In this document: positions 29,770-39,741 of the stretch, one piece after another
Layout: each line of letters starts with the position of its first letter
How positions within the stretch are numbered: position 1 is the stretch's first letter
Source of the DNA: an uncultured delta proteobacterium
GTDB lineage: Bacteria > Desulfobacterota > Desulfobacteria > Desulfobacterales > B30-G6
Reading direction: 5' to 3'
DNA: 64,000 bases
Assembly (NCBI GenBank): GCA_963823335.1
Contig: CAWGLD010000001.1
Coordinates: 288,001 to 352,000, forward strand
The notes under the pieces: model-generated
The model's input: only the letters and a program-made list of their open reading frames with translations
Databases searched by the model: none
What the model was told of the DNA's origin: nothing
Translations under genes and position numbers: made by a program

Positions 29770-30786
29770 CTAGTACATGAAATCTTCTGGCTTAACCTTG
29801 TCCTTAAACAAATTATAGGTCCAGATCTGATAAGCAAGCACCAGCGGAACAAAGAGGATCACCACAACCAGCATAATCTTCAGCGTCAGAGGACTGGATG
29901 AGGCATTGTGGGCGGAAAGGCTGTACGCCGGATCGATACTGGATGGAAACAGATTTGGATAGAGCCCGATCACACCAAAAAAGGTAGCCCCGATAATGGT
30001 CAGGGCAGAAGCAAACCAGGCTTTAAAGCCGTTTCCCTGTTGCAGAAACAGGCGCACACCCAATAAGGCGACAACGGTGACGATAATCACCACGAACAGT
30101 ATGGGACGGGCCAGGTAATTCTGATAAAGGGGTGTGGCAAACCAGGAGGCTACCAGAAATATAACGGCAACTGCCGTCAGAACCGGCCAGATACCCTTTG
30201 CCATTTTAAGCGCCCGATCATGCAGATCTCCTTCACTCCTGATGATAATCCAGTTGGCACCATGCTGCACAAAAAGCAGCAGGAACAGCACGCCGCCCAG
30301 CAGGCCATAAGGATTCAACAGGGTAAACAGCGTTCCCAGGTAAAGCCCATCACCGTCAATGGGAATCCCCTGAAATATATTGGCAAACGCCACCCCGAAA
30401 AGAATAGCCGGAGCAATACTGCCGATAAAAATGCAGGTATCCCAGACTTTTTTCCACACGGGATGGTCGATTTTATTGCGGAATTCAAACGAAACACCCC
30501 GAATGATCAGCGCAAAGAGGATCAACATCAAGGCTGTGTAAAGGGATGAAAACATAACGGCATAAACCAATGGAAATGCGGCAAACGTCACACCACCTGC
30601 AGTGAGCAACCAGACCTCGTTGCCGTCCCACAAAGGGCCCATGGCATTGATCATCGTTTTCTTGTCCTGATCGGTCTTTCCCAGGACCGGATACAACGCG
30701 CCGATACCCAGGTCAAAACCATCCGTCATAAAATACAGCGCCCAAAGAAGACCCCAAAGAAAAAACCATATCGATTGTAAAGCCAT
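29770..30786 (-). CDS. cydB: cytochrome bd quinol oxidase subunit II
   Basis: DGFDLG, GPLWDGNEVWL, RGVSFEFR and SSPLTL. Confidence 0.97.
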   Translation of the reverse strand: MALQSIWFFLWGLLWALYFMTDGFDLGIGALYPVLGKTDQDKKTMINAMGPLWDGNEVWLLTAGGVTFAAFPLVYAVMFSSLYTALMLILFALIIRGVSFEFRNKIDHPVWKKVWDTCIFIGSIAPAILFGVAFANIFQGIPIDGDGLYLGTLFTLLNPYGLLGGVLFLLLFVQHGANWIIIRSEGDLHDRALKMAKGIWPVLTAVAVIFLVASWFATPLYQNYLARPILFVVIIVTVVALLGVRLFLQQGNGFKAWFASALTIIGATFFGVIGLYPNLFPSSIDPAYSLSAHNASSSPLTLKIMLVVVILFVPLVLAYQIWTYNLFKDKVKPEDFMY

Positions 30787-30854
30787 TTTATCCTCCTATG
30801 TAATCTAAAAAAACCACGCGCTTGAGCTTGGCCGGTACTGTCATTCGAAATAGA

Positions 30855-32165
30855 TTATTCCGATGCCAGATCCGGACCTTTTTTGGCCTTCTGGAACATC
30901 AGGTAAAACCCGGCTGCCCCCAAGACACTGTATACCAGGATAAAAGCCACCAGCGAGGCAGCCACCTGTGAAACCGCAACAGGTGAAGCACCATCGGCGG
31001 TTCTGACCACACCGTACACCAGCCACGGCTGACGGCCGATTTCCGTCACGATCCAGCCGAGTTGGATAGCCAGATAGGGCAGTGGAATGGCAAACAGCAT
31101 GATTTTCAAATACAGCGTATTCTCAAGCAGGTTCTTGCGTTTGAACCAGCCGAAAACCGTCAGAAGAATAAAAATTACACCCAGACCGACCATACCCCTG
31201 AACGCATACGAGGTAATCAGCACCGGCGGTCGCTCGTCCCTGGGAAAGTCTTTGAGTCCCTGGACCACTGCATTGAAATCATGCTTGACCAGAAAGCTGA
31301 GCATGCCGGGTATCGCACCGATTTCAATGGCATTTCTCTCGTTTTCCGGATCAGGCCAGGTAAACAAATAGGAAGGTGCCATATCGGTTGTTTCCCACAG
31401 GGACTCCATGGCAGCCAGTTTGGCGGGCTGCTTTTCAGCCACCATGACACCATTCATATCCCCTAAAATAAAAACCACCAGAGAAAAGATGAGGCCAAAA
31501 CCCAGACCGGTTCTGAACGACTTTGTAAAGAATTCCTTGTGGCGGTTTTTCAGCAAATGATAGGCACTGATGCCCATGATGAAGAAGCTTGCCAGCACGA
31601 GGGCAGCACTGAGGGTATGAAGAATTTTATAGATAGCGAAGGGTTGCGAAACCACCGCGCCGAAATCCACCATTTCCGCCCTGCCGTTGCGAATCGTAAA
31701 CCCCACCGGACTCTGCATCCAGGCATTGGCAATCAGGATCCATACAGCGGAAAGGTTGGACCCGATGGCCACCAGCCACATGACCCCTGCATGGGCTTTT
31801 TTGGACAGTTTTTTCCAGCCGAAGATCCACACACCGATGAAGGTGGACTCCAGAAAAAAAGTGGCAGTGGCTTCGATGGCCAGGAGGGAGCCGAAGACAT
31901 CCCCCACATAGGCTGAATAGCGTGACCAGTTGGTCCCGAACTGAAACTCCAGGGTAATACCGGTAACCACACCCACGGCAAAATTGACCAGAAACAGTTT
32001 GGCCCAGAATTTGGTCATTTCCAGGTAGGTTTCATCCCCGGTCTGGACATACCGGGTTTCCATATAAGCGATAATGATGGACAACCCCAGGGTCAACGGG
32101 ACGAAAAGGAAATGAAACATGGTTGTGGTTGCAAATTGCAATCGTGATAAGGTGACTAAATCCAT
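30855..32165 (-). CDS. cydA: cytochrome bd quinol oxidase subunit I
   Basis: FHFLFVPLT, EFQFGTNW, FFLESTF, QPAKLAAME and EIGRQPW. Confidence 0.97.
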   Translation of the reverse strand: MDLVTLSRLQFATTTMFHFLFVPLTLGLSIIIAYMETRYVQTGDETYLEMTKFWAKLFLVNFAVGVVTGITLEFQFGTNWSRYSAYVGDVFGSLLAIEATATFFLESTFIGVWIFGWKKLSKKAHAGVMWLVAIGSNLSAVWILIANAWMQSPVGFTIRNGRAEMVDFGAVVSQPFAIYKILHTLSAALVLASFFIMGISAYHLLKNRHKEFFTKSFRTGLGFGLIFSLVVFILGDMNGVMVAEKQPAKLAAMESLWETTDMAPSYLFTWPDPENERNAIEIGAIPGMLSFLVKHDFNAVVQGLKDFPRDERPPVLITSYAFRGMVGLGVIFILLTVFGWFKRKNLLENTLYLKIMLFAIPLPYLAIQLGWIVTEIGRQPWLVYGVVRTADGASPVAVSQVAASLVAFILVYSVLGAAGFYLMFQKAKKGPDLASE

Positions 32166-32292
32166 ATGCTTCCTCCTGCTATCATAAAACCGTTATACGT
32201 TTTTATAAGGCTTACTATTGTACGAATTCGACAAGAAAATTTCAATGACCTCTCCAGGAAGGCCTCTGCTCCAGCCACGGTGCGTTGCATAA

Positions 32293-32739
32293 TCAGTCAA
32301 CCCGTTTCATGGCCTCCATCAACTCTATGGTACAGCTTTTATCGGTCAGAATACCTTTGAAATCGGCCTGTCTGAGAGTTTCTCTGAGTTGATCCCTGGC
32401 CGTTTCCCAGACCCGGTGGATGGCACAGGCGGATATGCGGCTGCAGGATTCCGGCCGAACAACACAGTCATTGAGATAAATTTTGCCGATGACCGCTTCC
32501 ACCACATCCAGCATGGTCAATTTTCCCGGCGGAACAAGCAGTCGATAACCCCCTTTTGCCCCCTGAACGATCTCTATAATCCCTGCCCTGGCGAGTTGCT
32601 GGGCGATTTTACCGAGAAACTGAGCCGGGATATCCATGGCCCGGGCGATTTCTTTTTTGTTGACGACAACGCCCATTCCCTGAAACGAGAGAAACAATGC
32701 ACAACGTATGGCATATTCTCCTGCTTTTGTCAGGCGCAT
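32293..32739 (-). CDS. Rrf2 family transcriptional regulator with three C-terminal Cys (probable Fe-S sensor)
   Basis: EYAIR, GAKGGY and NDCVVRPESCSRISAC. Confidence 0.92.
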   Translation of the reverse strand: MRLTKAGEYAIRCALFLSFQGMGVVVNKKEIARAMDIPAQFLGKIAQQLARAGIIEIVQGAKGGYRLLVPPGKLTMLDVVEAVIGKIYLNDCVVRPESCSRISACAIHRVWETARDQLRETLRQADFKGILTDKSCTIELMEAMKRVD

Positions 32740-33075
32740 TTTAACTCCTAATTAAAGAAGCGGGTAACCCAGCCCCAAAACAGAAAACCTTCTGTGATGT
32801 GAGCGACAACCTCGCGATTTCAAGATCGTTAGACGTTTTTAGTCGGACATATATCATATTATTTATCCTATATTTTTGAAAACGGCACGTGTCAAGCAAT
32901 AAATTTGCCCTGCCAAGTTATAGGAATTGACATTCCTCATCACCTCGGATACATAATTATATACAGGTTTCAATGTCACAATGTTACATATAAGCTGTTC
33001 GCGGTCAATCTTTGGCTGCCAGCCCCGCAAAGCAACAAGTCAAACCCACGTAACTTTGTCGGAGTAAGTGTTTAC

Positions 33076-36015
33076 ATGGATCGTCGGACCTTTCTGAAAA
33101 TAGCCGGTATGGGAAGTCTGGCCTTTGCTTCTTCCTGTACCTCCGAGAGCGACAAAAAACTCTTCTCTCTGGTACAGGCTCCTGCAGACATGGTTACGGG
33201 AAAAGCCAACTGGTATGCTTCCACCTGCCGCGAGTGTCCCGCTGGATGCGGAATTCTGGCGAAAAACCGTGAAGGGCGGATCATAAAGATAGAAGGGAAC
33301 CCGCTGCACCCCATCAACAAAGGCAGGCTCTGCATGCGAGGCCAGGCTGCTCTGCAGGGGGTCTACCACCCGAACCGGCTCAAGGCACCTCTGCTCAAAA
33401 AAAATGGCCGGTTTCAGGCGCTCTCATATTCTGAAGCGACAACGCTCCTGAATTCAAAGGCACTCGCTGCCCGCAATGGATCGAATCGGGCACGCATACT
33501 CACGGAAACAGTCGGTCAAAACCTCATGCGCTTGTTCTCCGATGCATTGCAGAATCTGAACAGCCCACCACCACTCGTGTTCGAACCCTATGCCTATGAA
33601 TCGTTGAAAACCGCCAACAAACTGGTGTTCGGTATCGATGGTCTACCATCTTATCGCATGGACCAGGCAGACCTTCTGGTCTCTTTTGGCGCTGATTTTC
33701 TGGAAACCTGGCTGTCCCCTGTGGAATATGCCTGGAAATTCAAAACCATGCACGCCCATCAGGCTGACACCAAAAATAATTATATTCACATCAGCCCCTT
33801 TCAATCCCTGACCGGTGCCAATGCGGATCTGTGGCTTGCATGCCAACCCGGAGCAGAGCATCTCATCACCCTCGGCCTGATAAAACAGGTCCTGGACGCC
33901 GGTATGGGTCAGTCACTTTCTCCAACCTTCCGGCAGGTCTTGACCACATCCGCAGCCCCTTTTGATCGCAATTTCGTTATTCAGCACACCGGAATATCTC
34001 CACACGGGTATGACAGCCTGGTCCAAGGTCTCGTGCAAGCACGCCGCCCGCTGATTATAGGATCAGGTACCGGTGCCGCCGACACCCATGGATTGACGAC
34101 CCAGGTATGCGTCAACCTGCTCAATCTTCTTCTGGACCCGCAACTTCGCCTGCTGGACTTCACCCGGCGTCATCGGGTGGAAACAGCTGCCAGGCGGGCA
34201 GATATCCTGAGCTTCTTCGACACACTCGATAATGACGCCGTTGAACTGCTGCTGATTAACAATGCCAACCCCGTCTTCTGCATGTCATCCGACAGTTCCG
34301 TGACAGAGGTGCTCGAAAGAAGCGACCGTTTTGTGGTCTGCTTCAGCAATTTTCTGGACGAAACCACAGCATCGGCGGACTTGATTCTGCCGGTACGTAT
34401 GCCCCTCGAGACCTGGGACGAATACGGCGGAAAAAGCGGGATGACGTCGACCCTTCAGCCGGCCATGGGCCAACTGACCCAGACCCCTCATCTGGGGGAT
34501 GTGATACTGAAAACCTGCTTTGGGCCGGAATATTCTTTCAAGGCCTACAAAGATCACCTTGTTTCCATGCTGGCCGGAACCTTTGAAATAGCCGATGAAT
34601 TCAAGTGGGCCAAAACCCTGCAGCAGGGGGGCCGCTTTGACCCGCCGCAATCACCGATCGAATTGCGGCAGCCACCCACCACAGACGCCATTACGACACT
34701 GCTTAGGCAAGGATCTGAATTCAAGACACCGCAACTGACATTTACGGCCACACCCTCCATCCGTTTTTTTGACGGACGGGGTGCCAACAGACCCTGGCTC
34801 TGTGAAATCCCGGATCCTTTATACCGAATTGCCTGGCAGACACCGGTGGTCATGCATCCTGAAACCGCCCGGGCCAACAACGTCGAGCAGGAAGATGTCA
34901 TCGGTATTGAATCCCCTTTCGGCAGTCTGGAAGCACCGGCGGTTCTTTCCGAACTGGTGATGCCGGGGCTCCTGGTCATGACCATCGGGCAGGGTCACCG
35001 GCCTTTTGGAAACGAAACTGAAGTTGCAGGGGTGAACCCCCTGCAGTTGCTTTCCCCAATAGCCCACAAGGACTCCGGCGGCGCCGACCTCCATGCAACC
35101 GGCATCAAGGTACGCAAAACAGGCCGTACCATGAAACTGGCCAGCACCTCGGGCAGCCTGACACAACACGGGCGGACGCTGGCCCTTTCCGTGACGCTGG
35201 CGGAACTGCAGGATAGAAAGACACCCGCCAGATCCGGTCTCACCATGGGAAATTTTCCCCTCACACTCCCCTTACCCGAAGGATACGACCCAAAACGCGA
35301 TGTGTACCCTCCCCATGACCACGATACCTATCGCTGGGGAATGGTGGTGGATCTGGACAGATGTATCGGCTGCGGTGCCTGTTCAGCAGCCTGTTACGCT
35401 GAAAACAATATCGGGGTCGTGGGAGAAAAACGGATCCTGCAAGGCCGTGAGATGGCCTGGATGAGCGTCGAGCGCTACCATGCATCCGACCGGATGGAAA
35501 GGGTGACCTTTCTGCCCATGATGTGCCAGCACTGTGACAACGGCCCGTGCGAGTCGGTCTGCCCGGTGTATGCCCCGCACCATTCCAAGGAGGGCCTGAA
35601 CAACCAGATTTACAACCGCTGTATCGGTACCCGCTACTGTGTTCAGAACTGCCCCTACAAGGTGCGCCGCTTCAACTGGTTTACCTGGGAATGGCCCGAA
35701 CCCATGAATCTTCAACTCAACCCGGATGTCACCGTCCGCAGCAAAGGGGTCATGGAAAAATGTTCCTTCTGTATTCAGCGCATCAAGGCGGCCCATAACG
35801 TTGCCAAGAATGAAAACCGCTTGATCCGGGATGGTGAGGTGCTGCCGGCCTGTGTACAGACCTGCCCCACCAACGCCCTTGTTTTCGGGAACCTGATGGA
35901 CAAAACCAGCCGCGTCCGTAAACTGACCGAGAGTCCCCGTGCCTACCAGGCCCTGGGGTACCTCAATACCAAACCGGCCGTGATATACCTGAAAAAGGTG
36001 GTCCAAGAGATATGA
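33076..36015 (+). CDS. actB: alternative complex III subunit B (molybdopterin-oxidoreductase-like domain fused to a 4Fe-4S dicluster domain)
   Basis: Start at ATG 33076 with Tat signal MDRRTFLK; CRECPAGC; C-terminal CIGCGAC, CQHCDNGPC, CIGTRYC...CPY and CSFC. Confidence 0.85.
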   Translation: MDRRTFLKIAGMGSLAFASSCTSESDKKLFSLVQAPADMVTGKANWYASTCRECPAGCGILAKNREGRIIKIEGNPLHPINKGRLCMRGQAALQGVYHPNRLKAPLLKKNGRFQALSYSEATTLLNSKALAARNGSNRARILTETVGQNLMRLFSDALQNLNSPPPLVFEPYAYESLKTANKLVFGIDGLPSYRMDQADLLVSFGADFLETWLSPVEYAWKFKTMHAHQADTKNNYIHISPFQSLTGANADLWLACQPGAEHLITLGLIKQVLDAGMGQSLSPTFRQVLTTSAAPFDRNFVIQHTGISPHGYDSLVQGLVQARRPLIIGSGTGAADTHGLTTQVCVNLLNLLLDPQLRLLDFTRRHRVETAARRADILSFFDTLDNDAVELLLINNANPVFCMSSDSSVTEVLERSDRFVVCFSNFLDETTASADLILPVRMPLETWDEYGGKSGMTSTLQPAMGQLTQTPHLGDVILKTCFGPEYSFKAYKDHLVSMLAGTFEIADEFKWAKTLQQGGRFDPPQSPIELRQPPTTDAITTLLRQGSEFKTPQLTFTATPSIRFFDGRGANRPWLCEIPDPLYRIAWQTPVVMHPETARANNVEQEDVIGIESPFGSLEAPAVLSELVMPGLLVMTIGQGHRPFGNETEVAGVNPLQLLSPIAHKDSGGADLHATGIKVRKTGRTMKLASTSGSLTQHGRTLALSVTLAELQDRKTPARSGLTMGNFPLTLPLPEGYDPKRDVYPPHDHDTYRWGMVVDLDRCIGCGACSAACYAENNIGVVGEKRILQGREMAWMSVERYHASDRMERVTFLPMMCQHCDNGPCESVCPVYAPHHSKEGLNNQIYNRCIGTRYCVQNCPYKVRRFNWFTWEWPEPMNLQLNPDVTVRSKGVMEKCSFCIQRIKAAHNVAKNENRLIRDGEVLPACVQTCPTNALVFGNLMDKTSRVRKLTESPRAYQALGYLNTKPAVIYLKKVVQEI

Positions 36016-37328
36016 CCCAGCTGAGCTACGCAAAAATCGATCAAACCATTCTGGACACGCTAACACCCCCGAAATGGACCTACTGGGGCATCCTGGTGTT
36101 GCTGCTTCTGGGTGTCCTGACTGGAGCGGCCTGCTGGACGTACCAGATTTTTGTCGGTATCGGGGTGGGTGGGCAAAACAACCCGGTGGCCTGGGGAACC
36201 TATCTGATCAACTTTGTCTTCTGGGTGGGAATCGCTCACTCGGGCACCTTGATTTCCGCTATTCTGCACCTTTTCAGGGCCGGGTGGCGCAATCCCATCG
36301 CCCGGGCAGCGGAAACCATGACGGTATTTGCGGTCTGTGTGGCAGGGCTGTTTCCATTTATCCATCTGGGACGTGTATGGCAGGTGTATTACATGCTCCC
36401 CATACCGAGCCAGAGACTCCTGTGGCCCAACTTCCTTTCACCGCTCATGTTTGACGTGATCGCCATCAGCACCTATCTCACCGTGAGCTCCCTGTTCTGG
36501 TACACAGGCATGTTGCCGGATCTGGCGGCTGTGCGGGACCGCTCCACAGGAACCCGCCACAAAATATTTAGCTTTCTCTCCTTTGGCTGGTCAGGGGCCC
36601 ATGAACAGTGGCGTCATTACACCCGCGGGTATCTCTTCTTTGCGGCCCTGGCAACGCCCCTGGTCATCTCCGTTCACAGCGTCGTTTCCTGGGATTTTGC
36701 CCTGGGTGTCGTGCCGGGATGGCACACAACCATTTTTGCGCCCTATTTTGTCGCCGGTGCTATCCATTCCGGTCTGGCCATGGTCCTGACCCTGATGATC
36801 CCCTTGCGCAAGTTGTTCAAATACGAGGACATCATTACCATGGAGGTTCTGCAGAATGTTGCCAAGACCATCGTATTGACCGGTCTGATTGTCGGCCTGG
36901 CCTACGGAACCGAATATTTCATCGCCTGGTACAGCCACAACAGCGTTGAAATGGAACAGTTCCGCTGGCGAGCCCTGGGAGATTACCGCTGGGGGTTTTT
37001 CTTCATGGTGCTCTGCAACACCCTGGTCCCGCTGCTCTTTTTGTTTAAAAAAATTCGCACCACCGTTGCATCTCTTTTTATCATTTCCCTGGTCGTAAAT
37101 TTCGGGATGTGGTGGGAACGCTTTGTCATCATCGTGGGCGGGGTCGCCCACGGGTTTGCACCCCATGCCTGGGGGCTCTACAGACCCACGATGATTGAAT
37201 TCGGCATTATGTTCGGTGCCTTCTGTCTCTTTTTCTTCTTGTTCGTGTTGTTTGTAAAACACCTGCCCTCTGTTTCCATGACCGAGATGAAAGAGACCCT
37301 CGAAGGAGGTCACGATCATGCCGCATGA
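36012..37328 (+). CDS. actC: alternative complex III subunit C (NrfD family)
   Basis: NFVFWVGIAHSGTLISA, RAAETMT, VISVHSVVSWDF and GWHTTIFAPYFVAGAI. Confidence 0.92.
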   Translation: MTQLSYAKIDQTILDTLTPPKWTYWGILVLLLLGVLTGAACWTYQIFVGIGVGGQNNPVAWGTYLINFVFWVGIAHSGTLISAILHLFRAGWRNPIARAAETMTVFAVCVAGLFPFIHLGRVWQVYYMLPIPSQRLLWPNFLSPLMFDVIAISTYLTVSSLFWYTGMLPDLAAVRDRSTGTRHKIFSFLSFGWSGAHEQWRHYTRGYLFFAALATPLVISVHSVVSWDFALGVVPGWHTTIFAPYFVAGAIHSGLAMVLTLMIPLRKLFKYEDIITMEVLQNVAKTIVLTGLIVGLAYGTEYFIAWYSHNSVEMEQFRWRALGDYRWGFFFMVLCNTLVPLLFLFKKIRTTVASLFIISLVVNFGMWWERFVIIVGGVAHGFAPHAWGLYRPTMIEFGIMFGAFCLFFFLFVLFVKHLPSVSMTEMKETLEGGHDHAA

Positions 37329-37890
37329 ACGACATGTCATGGGATTTTTTAAGAACGAAGATCACGTGGTTTCAGCGCTTGAGGCATTGAAGACCTCTCC
37401 CTATGAATTCGTTCGCGTCAACACCCCCATCCCGAGCCATAAGATCATGCAGGCCTTGAACTTGAAGAAAAGCAAGGTGGGCTGGTTTACCCTCTGCGGC
37501 GGGATTATAGGATTCATAAGTGGATTTGGCCTGGCTGCTTTCACCGCCACACGCTGGGATCTGATTGTCAGCGGCAAACCCATCATGGCCATCATTCCCT
37601 TTGTGGTGGTGGGTTTCGAAGCAACGATTCTCTTTGCCGTGTTCGGAAACGTAATCGGGCTTCTGACCCAGATGCGGATGCCGAACAATAAATGGCTGCA
37701 GTATTATGATCCGCGTTGTTCTGGAGAGCATTTCGGTGTTCTGGCCGCCTGCGAAGCCCATCAGGAAAATGGCCTGCAAAATTTCTTCAGGGAACGGGGA
37801 GCGGAGGTAAGAATTTGGATCACCTCCAAAGGGGTCGATCCAAATGAAGGGTTCGAGGATTCGAGGGTTCAAGGGTCCGTGGGTAGCTGA
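37318..37890 (+). CDS. actD: alternative complex III subunit D (DUF3341)
   Basis: TPIPSH, two TM helices, VSGKP, FEATIL and YDPR. Confidence 0.85.
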   Translation: MPHERHVMGFFKNEDHVVSALEALKTSPYEFVRVNTPIPSHKIMQALNLKKSKVGWFTLCGGIIGFISGFGLAAFTATRWDLIVSGKPIMAIIPFVVVGFEATILFAVFGNVIGLLTQMRMPNNKWLQYYDPRCSGEHFGVLAACEAHQENGLQNFFRERGAEVRIWITSKGVDPNEGFEDSRVQGSVGS

Positions 37891-37947
37891 CAGCTATCAG
37901 CGGACAGTAGCACTTGAACCCTGGATTCCTTGACCCCTTGAACCCTT
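37848..37947. repeat. palindromic cluster of octamer units (GGGTTCRA / TTGAACCC)
   Basis: Tandem octamers followed by inverted copies; related clusters near 781-920, 14630-14730, 42049-42141, 60270-60304 and 62905-62927. Confidence 0.75.
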
Positions 37948-38000
37948 TATCCCAATGAATTGGGAGAAGAACCAACTTGTTCAACACTGGATAAACCCAT

Positions 38001-39218
38001 ATGATGGATGCCGAAACAAACCAACAGAGCGCCGTTAAGAAGACCCCTGCATTCGGGGTGTTCATTGCCCTGTTCATTGTGGGGGCCGTGACCTTCCTGT
38101 GGGAATTGACCAGTCATCACCCGCAAAGAGCCTGGCAGGCCTATCTGATCAATTTCCTGCTCTGGTCGGCCATTGCCCAGGGGGCCCTGCTGTTCTCGGC
38201 GGTCATGCACATAACCAAAGCACGCTGGAGCGGTCCGCTTTCAGATCTTTCGGAATCCTTTGCGTCATTTTTTCCAATTTCCTTTGTGCTGTTTCTGATC
38301 CTCTTCATGGGAAACAACCATATATTCCCATGGCTCCACGAGGATCTGCACGGTAAAGAAGTCTGGCTCAATATCCCCTTTCTTTTTGCCCGGGACGGCA
38401 TGGGTCTCCTTATTCTGTACCTCCTGGGTTTCGGATACCTGTTTTATGCCTTACAGCTCAAACTGGACCGGCATGAACCCAAAGGAAAGATCCGTAAGGC
38501 ACTTTTAAGGCACTGGCAGAAAAAACAGCTCCCAGCGGAAAAGATCCACCAAAAAATGACCCTCTGGGGCGGACTCTATATCCTGGCATTTGCCCTTGTC
38601 TTGAGCCTCATGGGATTCGATCTTGTCATGAGTATGGATCCACACTGGGTTTCCACCCTTTTTGGTGCATACCATTTCGTCAAAGCCTTTTTTGTAGGAC
38701 TGGGAGGACTGATCATTCTTGCCTCGGTTATGCATACCCATAACGGGCAGAGCTCCCCCTTGACACCCGCCCATTTCCATGACATCGGCAAGCTGTTTTT
38801 CGGCTTCTGCCTTTTGTGGGCTGATTTCTTTTATGTCCAGCTGCTGGTTATCTACTATGGCAACATCCCCGAAGAAACCTATTATGTGATTACACGTACC
38901 ATGCTGGCACCCTGGAACAAGCTGGCCTGGGGGGTTTTTATCATCTGTTTCGTGGGCCCTTTTTTCATTCTGCTGAATAAAAATGTGAAAACACGGCCCC
39001 TTTTCATGGCTGTCATATGCAGCATCGTCATCGTTGGGATCTGGTTCGAGCACCTCCTACTTCTGGGCCCGGCCTTGAGCCACGGTGCATCATCCATCTC
39101 CCTGGGTTTTTCAGACGGGTTGATTTCCCTGGGCTTTTTCGGGCTCATGGCCCTGGCTATCGGCTCTTTCTTCCACGTCTTTCCGGAGCTGGCCGGAAGA
39201 GAGAGGAACGACCATTGA
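38001..39218 (+). CDS. actF: alternative complex III subunit F (NrfD-like paralogue)
   Basis: WLNIPFLFAR, DLVMSMDPHWVSTLFG, HDIGKL and YGNIPEET. Confidence 0.88.
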   Translation: MMDAETNQQSAVKKTPAFGVFIALFIVGAVTFLWELTSHHPQRAWQAYLINFLLWSAIAQGALLFSAVMHITKARWSGPLSDLSESFASFFPISFVLFLILFMGNNHIFPWLHEDLHGKEVWLNIPFLFARDGMGLLILYLLGFGYLFYALQLKLDRHEPKGKIRKALLRHWQKKQLPAEKIHQKMTLWGGLYILAFALVLSLMGFDLVMSMDPHWVSTLFGAYHFVKAFFVGLGGLIILASVMHTHNGQSSPLTPAHFHDIGKLFFGFCLLWADFFYVQLLVIYYGNIPEETYYVITRTMLAPWNKLAWGVFIICFVGPFFILLNKNVKTRPLFMAVICSIVIVGIWFEHLLLLGPALSHGASSISLGFSDGLISLGFFGLMALAIGSFFHVFPELAGRERNDH

Positions 39219-39727
39219 AAAAAAACAAGACCGCCATTCTGTTAAGCGTATCAGCGCTGATTTTCACGGCCGGCTTTCTGTTTTTATTCTATGGCATATC
39301 TTCCGATGCAATGGGTCCGGAACAACCCATACCCTTCAGCCACAATGTTCACGTTGGCATCAAACAGATACAATGTCAGTACTGCCACCCCTATGTGGCC
39401 TATTCGACCTTTCCGGGGATACCACCGGTGGAAAAGTGTCTTCACTGCCATAACTATATCATTGCCAACCACCCATGGATACAGGAGGAACACCGCTATT
39501 TCGATACCGGAAGTCCCACGCCATGGAAAAAAGTCAACTACGTTGCCGAACACGTTCTTTTCAACCACCAGCGGCACATCAACAAGAAAGTGGCCTGTCA
39601 GGAGTGCCATGGTCCGGTGGAGAATCAACATCGCCTGCCGGCTAAAACCTGGCGTATGGGCATGTGTATCGAATGCCACCAGCAAAAAGGTGCCAATCTG
39701 GACTGCTGGCTGGCTTGCCACAGCTAA
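39215..39727 (+). CDS. actA: alternative complex III pentaheme cytochrome c subunit A
   Basis: TTG start overlapping the actF stop; one TM helix; PEQPIPFSH; CQYCH, CLHCH, CQECH, CIECH and atypical CWLACH. Confidence 0.85.
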   Translation: MKKNKTAILLSVSALIFTAGFLFLFYGISSDAMGPEQPIPFSHNVHVGIKQIQCQYCHPYVAYSTFPGIPPVEKCLHCHNYIIANHPWIQEEHRYFDTGSPTPWKKVNYVAEHVLFNHQRHINKKVACQECHGPVENQHRLPAKTWRMGMCIECHQQKGANLDCWLACHS

Positions 39728-39741
39728 TTGAAGGAGTGACT

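Noticed and set aside
29411-29901. Short ORFs between tauE and cydB
   Set aside because: They run through a dispersed repeat or overlap cydB and show no family motifs.
32882-32899. Sigma-54-like ACGGCACGTGTCAAGCA upstream of actB
   Set aside because: Spacing fits, but the -12 element is AAGC rather than TTGC and it overlaps a minus-strand TTGACA; too weak to call.
33076-36015. Calling ActB a catalytic molybdoenzyme such as formate dehydrogenase or nitrate reductase
   Set aside because: Fusion to the Fe-S domain and the actC/D/F/A context indicate ACIII; Mo binding cannot be judged from the sequence.
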